Below are positions 55,198-58,674 of a stretch of 58,674 bases of DNA, in pieces. The stretch is taken from contig CAYIYJ010000003.1 of NCBI GenBank assembly GCA_964367655.1, positions 3,041 to 61,714 on the forward strand, given 5' to 3'. The notes under the pieces are model-generated. The model was not told the origin of the DNA. It made no database searches and saw nothing but the letters and a program-made list of their open reading frames with translations. This stretch comes from an uncultured Candidatus Saccharibacteria bacterium. GTDB lineage: Bacteria > Patescibacteriota > Minisyncoccia > Phycocordibacterales > CAIZLB01. A program made the translations under genes and the position numbers. How positions within the stretch are numbered: the first letter of the stretch is position 1; the number at the start of each line of letters is the position of its first letter.

Positions 55198-55635
55198 TTA
55201 CATCTGAGGACTGTTGCTAGGAGGTACTGAAGCTGTTGGTTGTGCAGTAGGAACTACAGGACAACTGTTTTTTTCTCGTAGTACAGAATATTTTCCACCG
55301 CCTGTAACTAAGATAAGAGCTGAACCTATAAGTACAGATCCAATCATTGTCGCTGTTTTAAGATCTCCTCCGCCATGTGTATAGTATAGAGCGCCGATCA
55401 TGATGATACCTGCGCCAACTGCAGATGTTCGAGTTAGAACTCCAAATACAAGTCCAAGACCTGCAAGTAGTTCACCGAGTGCTACTGCCCAGACTACAGG
55501 CTCTGAAAGACCAAGTCCTTGACCAAGTCCAGCGATAGTACCTTCCATGTTTATAAGCTTATTGTATCCAGTATATCCGATGATACCTCCGGCAATAAGT
55601 CGGACGATCAACAATAAAATATTTTTTGTTTGCAT
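55198..55635 (-). CDS. DoxX-family membrane protein (maximal ORF reaches a TTG at 55671)
   Basis: Four hydrophobic helices. LLLIVRLIAGGIIGYTGYNKL is a typical DoxX N-terminus. ATG 55635 removes the overlap with the HIT gene. Confidence 0.7.
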   Translation of the reverse strand: MQTKNILLLIVRLIAGGIIGYTGYNKLINMEGTIAGLGQGLGLSEPVVWAVALGELLAGLGLVFGVLTRTSAVGAGIIMIGALYYTHGGGDLKTATMIGSVLIGSALILVTGGGKYSVLREKNSCPVVPTAQPTASVPPSNSPQM

Positions 55636-55663
55636 GGCACTAATTGTAGTATGTCTGCGATAT

Positions 55664-56110
55664 CTACGCAATCTCGAGCTTTATTTTTTCTGCCAATTCT
55701 TCCATTTCTCCTGCAACATATGTATATTTTTTACCCAGGTATCCACCGTCTTCGTTGAAACGAGGAATTACATGTATGTGATCGTGATCTATTATTTGAC
55801 CGGCAGCAGATTCATTGTTCATAACAATGTTAATACCGTCTGCACTGACAGTCTGTTTTAGTGCGATTGCAACTTTTTGGGCAGTTAAGATGACACGACA
55901 TAGGGTTTCAGCTGGTAGTCCATATATGTTTTCGAAGTGGTGTTTTGAGATAACAAGAGTGTGTCCTCGATGGTTTGGGTGTATATCTAGAAAAGCTAAA
56001 GTATCATCGTCCTCGTATACCTTTACAGCGGGAACCTCCCCCCTGGTTATCTTACAGAAGATGCAATTTGCGTGGATCTCTGTTTCATCGTGTGTTGCTT
56101 TATCAGTCAT
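55664..56110 (-). CDS. HIT-family nucleotide hydrolase/transferase
   Basis: CIFCKI...AFLDIHPNHRGHTLVISKHH and histidine triad HDHIHVIPR. Confidence 0.88.
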   Translation of the reverse strand: MTDKATHDETEIHANCIFCKITRGEVPAVKVYEDDDTLAFLDIHPNHRGHTLVISKHHFENIYGLPAETLCRVILTAQKVAIALKQTVSADGINIVMNNESAAGQIIDHDHIHVIPRFNEDGGYLGKKYTYVAGEMEELAEKIKLEIA

Positions 56111-56134
56111 AAAGCCATGATATCATACATCCAC

Positions 56135-57913
56135 ATGACTTCAACTTACCCAATATACGAACAGATTCTGAAAGATCGAGGTCTTACCAAGGGTGAGATT
56201 GAGGAATTTTTGAATCCTGTATATGACGAGGTGAAGGGTGGAATGTATGACGTGAGTCGAATGAAAGACATTAATAAAGCTACAGATCGAATATGGAAAG
56301 CAATAGAGTCTAAAGAAAAGATTTGTATCTATGCAGATTATGATGCTGATGGAGTTCCAGGGGCTGTGGTTCTGTACGATTTTTTTAAAAAGATAAACTA
56401 CGCTGAACATGTGCAAGTGAAGATTCCACATCGACATAAAGATGGTTTCGGTCTGCACGCACATCTTATAGATGAAGTATCAAAAGAGGGGGTTAGTTTG
56501 TTGATTACTGTTGACCTCGGTATTAGCAATGTAAAAGAAGTGGCACACGCAAACTCTTTGGGTATCGATGTGATAATTACAGACCATCACTTACCACACG
56601 AAGAACTTCCTCAAGCGTATGCAATATTGAATCCGAAACAATCTGATTGCGGGTACCTCGAGAAGATGTTGTGTGGAAGCGGTGTCGTTTTTAAGTTGGT
56701 TCACAGGCTTGTTGATCAGGCGCGAGCTCGAGGTTTTGTGATTGCACCTGGTTGGGAGAAGTGGTCACTTGATCTGGTTGGTCTTGCCACAGTATCAGAC
56801 ATGGTTCCGCTTATTGGTGAGAATCGTGTGTTCGCAACATATGGTTTAAAAGTCATTCAGAAAAATAAACGTATAGGTCTCGCGTGTCTTTTATCAGAGT
56901 TAAAAATAAACCCTCGCGATATCCAAGAAGATGATATTGGTTTTTCTATAAGTCCTTGTATCAATGCTGCATCTCGGATGTCTCATGCAATCGATGCTTT
57001 CCGACTTTTTTCTGTTGATAGTCAGATTGATGCTGTCGGACATGCTAAGAAACTTGTTGTGTTAAATAAATCTAGAAAAGAAAAAGCTCAGACACTTGTG
57101 GCATCAGCGGATACTAAAGTTAAACAAGGAGATGTTGACTCCGGTATCTTGGTTGTTGGCGACGAAACATGGCTTCCCACTTTGGTGGGTCCTGTGGCGA
57201 GTAATTTGGTACGCAAGTTTCAGGTGCCCACTTTTGTATATGGATGTGATGATGGAGAGGTCTATCGTGGTTCATGTAGGTCTATTCCTGGTATAAGTGT
57301 GGTTGAGATAATGGCACATGTTACACAGGATTTTTTTATCGAATCTGGTGGCCATGCGATGTCTGGAGGATTCGCTTTTACAAAAGACAAAGCTGATGTC
57401 TTTGAACAAGTTCTGCGCGAGGCTTTTATATCTTGGAAAAAAAACAAAGAACAAACGCAATCTGAAGAAGACCTTCTTCCTGTCTTAGACATTCCGGTTT
57501 ACTCAATAACACATGACAAAATCAATGACGTGTTTGTTTCGGATTTGAAGAAGTTAAGACCTTTTGGCATTGGAAATGAAAAACCACTTTTCCGTATTCC
57601 AGACGTTGTGTTACGTGAAATAAAAAAGTTCGGTAAAGCAAAAGAGCATGTTGAATTTTTTATAGATACATATACAGATGTGTTAGGCGCAACACAATCA
57701 CCTCGTCCAGATTTTATGCAAGATGTTCATTTGTACTCAGAGACACATAGAAGGATTGCACCTGTCCGTTACATATCTTTCTTTTCAGATCAAAGTCATC
57801 ACGATGCACAGGTGGGTGTACTCGCAGATGTATACGGATATGTAGAAGAAAGTTTCTTTTTGGGTAAACGAGAGATACGGGTTCGGGTAGAAAAGATTGT
57901 CTATAAGGTGTAA
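56135..57913 (+). CDS. recJ: Single-stranded-DNA-specific exonuclease RecJ (maximal ORF from 56072)
   Basis: DHH motifs IYADYDADGV, ITVDLG, ITDHH; DHHA1 GGHAMSGGF. Confidence 0.9.
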   Translation: MTSTYPIYEQILKDRGLTKGEIEEFLNPVYDEVKGGMYDVSRMKDINKATDRIWKAIESKEKICIYADYDADGVPGAVVLYDFFKKINYAEHVQVKIPHRHKDGFGLHAHLIDEVSKEGVSLLITVDLGISNVKEVAHANSLGIDVIITDHHLPHEELPQAYAILNPKQSDCGYLEKMLCGSGVVFKLVHRLVDQARARGFVIAPGWEKWSLDLVGLATVSDMVPLIGENRVFATYGLKVIQKNKRIGLACLLSELKINPRDIQEDDIGFSISPCINAASRMSHAIDAFRLFSVDSQIDAVGHAKKLVVLNKSRKEKAQTLVASADTKVKQGDVDSGILVVGDETWLPTLVGPVASNLVRKFQVPTFVYGCDDGEVYRGSCRSIPGISVVEIMAHVTQDFFIESGGHAMSGGFAFTKDKADVFEQVLREAFISWKKNKEQTQSEEDLLPVLDIPVYSITHDKINDVFVSDLKKLRPFGIGNEKPLFRIPDVVLREIKKFGKAKEHVEFFIDTYTDVLGATQSPRPDFMQDVHLYSETHRRIAPVRYISFFSDQSHHDAQVGVLADVYGYVEESFFLGKREIRVRVEKIVYKV

Positions 57914-57922
57914 CATAGGGGA

Positions 57923-58453
57923 ATGTTTCATCAAGATATAATCAGTATATATACAGACGGTGCCGCACGAGGTAATCCAGGTCCAGGAGGATGGGCTGCT
58001 ATTGCTGTGTGTGGAAATACAAGTGTTTCAGAGAAAGGTGGTAAAAGTTTGCATACTACAAATAATAAGATGGAGCTCCAAGGTGCGATAGAGGGACTCA
58101 AGGTTTCACTAGAATGTCTGAAGGGATACAAAAAGATACATGTTCACTCAGATTCAAAATATGTCCTTCAGGGTATAACAGAATGGATTCATAATTGGAA
58201 AAAAAATAATTGGCGGACTGCTGCAAAGAAGGAGGTTTTGAACCAAGAACTGTGGAAAGAGTTGGATGCTGTTGTTGAACAGGTATCGAAGACTGGTGCG
58301 GTAATCATGTGGACTTATGTTAAAGGACATAGCGAGAACAAGTTCAACGCTCGAGCCGACGTTATTGCTACAACATGTGCTGACGATAAAACTTTGAATG
58401 AAGGAGGTGTTAGGAATTTCTACATCGGAAATTTTGATGGGTGGAAACTTTAA
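57923..58453 (+). CDS. rnhA: Ribonuclease HI
   Basis: IYTDGAARGNPGPGGWA, TNNKMELQGAIEGL, HSDSKYV, GHSENKFNARADVIA (DEDD catalytic contexts). Confidence 0.9.
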   Translation: MFHQDIISIYTDGAARGNPGPGGWAAIAVCGNTSVSEKGGKSLHTTNNKMELQGAIEGLKVSLECLKGYKKIHVHSDSKYVLQGITEWIHNWKKNNWRTAAKKEVLNQELWKELDAVVEQVSKTGAVIMWTYVKGHSENKFNARADVIATTCADDKTLNEGGVRNFYIGNFDGWKL

Positions 58454-58674
58454 TATTTATTTTCATTTTCTTTAACTGGTGTGTGACACACTTGTTGTGT
58501 GAATGTACTCAAACAGCATTACAAATTTTTGCTTTTTATATTGTGCTTGAGTGGTTCACTGGTTGCAATCTATGTTCAGTATTGTGCGTACAAAAAACAA
58601 GTTAGAGTTACAGACATTCTTTTTTCTAAACAAAAAAGTTTTGTTGTAAAAACTAATCTTCAGATTGATAGCGA

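Noticed and set aside
1-58674. Alternative genetic code (UGA recoding, as in some candidate phyla), CRISPR arrays, rRNA genes, IS elements and prophage
   Set aside because: Long uninterrupted ORFs with conserved C-termini end at standard stops, including TGA. I saw no repeat-spacer periodicity, no rRNA-like segments, no transposase-like ORF and no phage structural genes.

Overview
This window appears to be the chromosomal replication-origin neighbourhood of an AT-rich, small-genome bacterium using the standard genetic code. Nothing was searched against a database; all calls rest on motif recognition in the supplied translations and on reading the DNA. The gene content suggests a Patescibacteria/CPR-like organism, but that is an inference and is unverified. 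The origin core is classical: dnaN and dnaA on the minus strand, diverging from rpmH-rnpA-yidC on the plus strand, with two clusters of TGTGGATAA-type DnaA boxes. To its right lies a roughly 20 kb minus-strand array with very short gaps (10312-30542). It includes a type-IV-secretion-like envelope gene set: a VirB4 ATPase, a separate VirB4 N-domain-like protein, a PrgI/VirB3-like protein and a 1033-aa VirB6-like membrane protein. It also has a pilin-like membrane hairpin fused to an RlpA-like double-psi beta-barrel (DPBB) domain, and at least five exported or anchored proteins of unknown function. I recognise no relaxase, coupling protein, VirB11 or integrase in the window. This set is interrupted by tRNA-His and an unexplained structured element, and preceded by rsmA, pcrA and a 1214-1226-aa repeat-module protein of unknown function. 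The rest of the window is housekeeping: ruvBC, PBP1A, rpsO, xerC/D-like, xth, cca, hup, clpP, rsmE, tig, ppaC, nusA, tpiA, pgk, recJ and rnhA. It also holds five tRNAs, a type IV pilus locus (pilB, pilC, three prepilin-type genes, a 593-aa tip-like protein) interrupted by an RRM RNA-binding gene, and a ComM/YifB homologue that has lost its ATPase core. I consider the relaxase-less T4SS-like locus and its unknown partners the best candidate for an undescribed system. No CRISPR array, rRNA or clear mobile element was seen.
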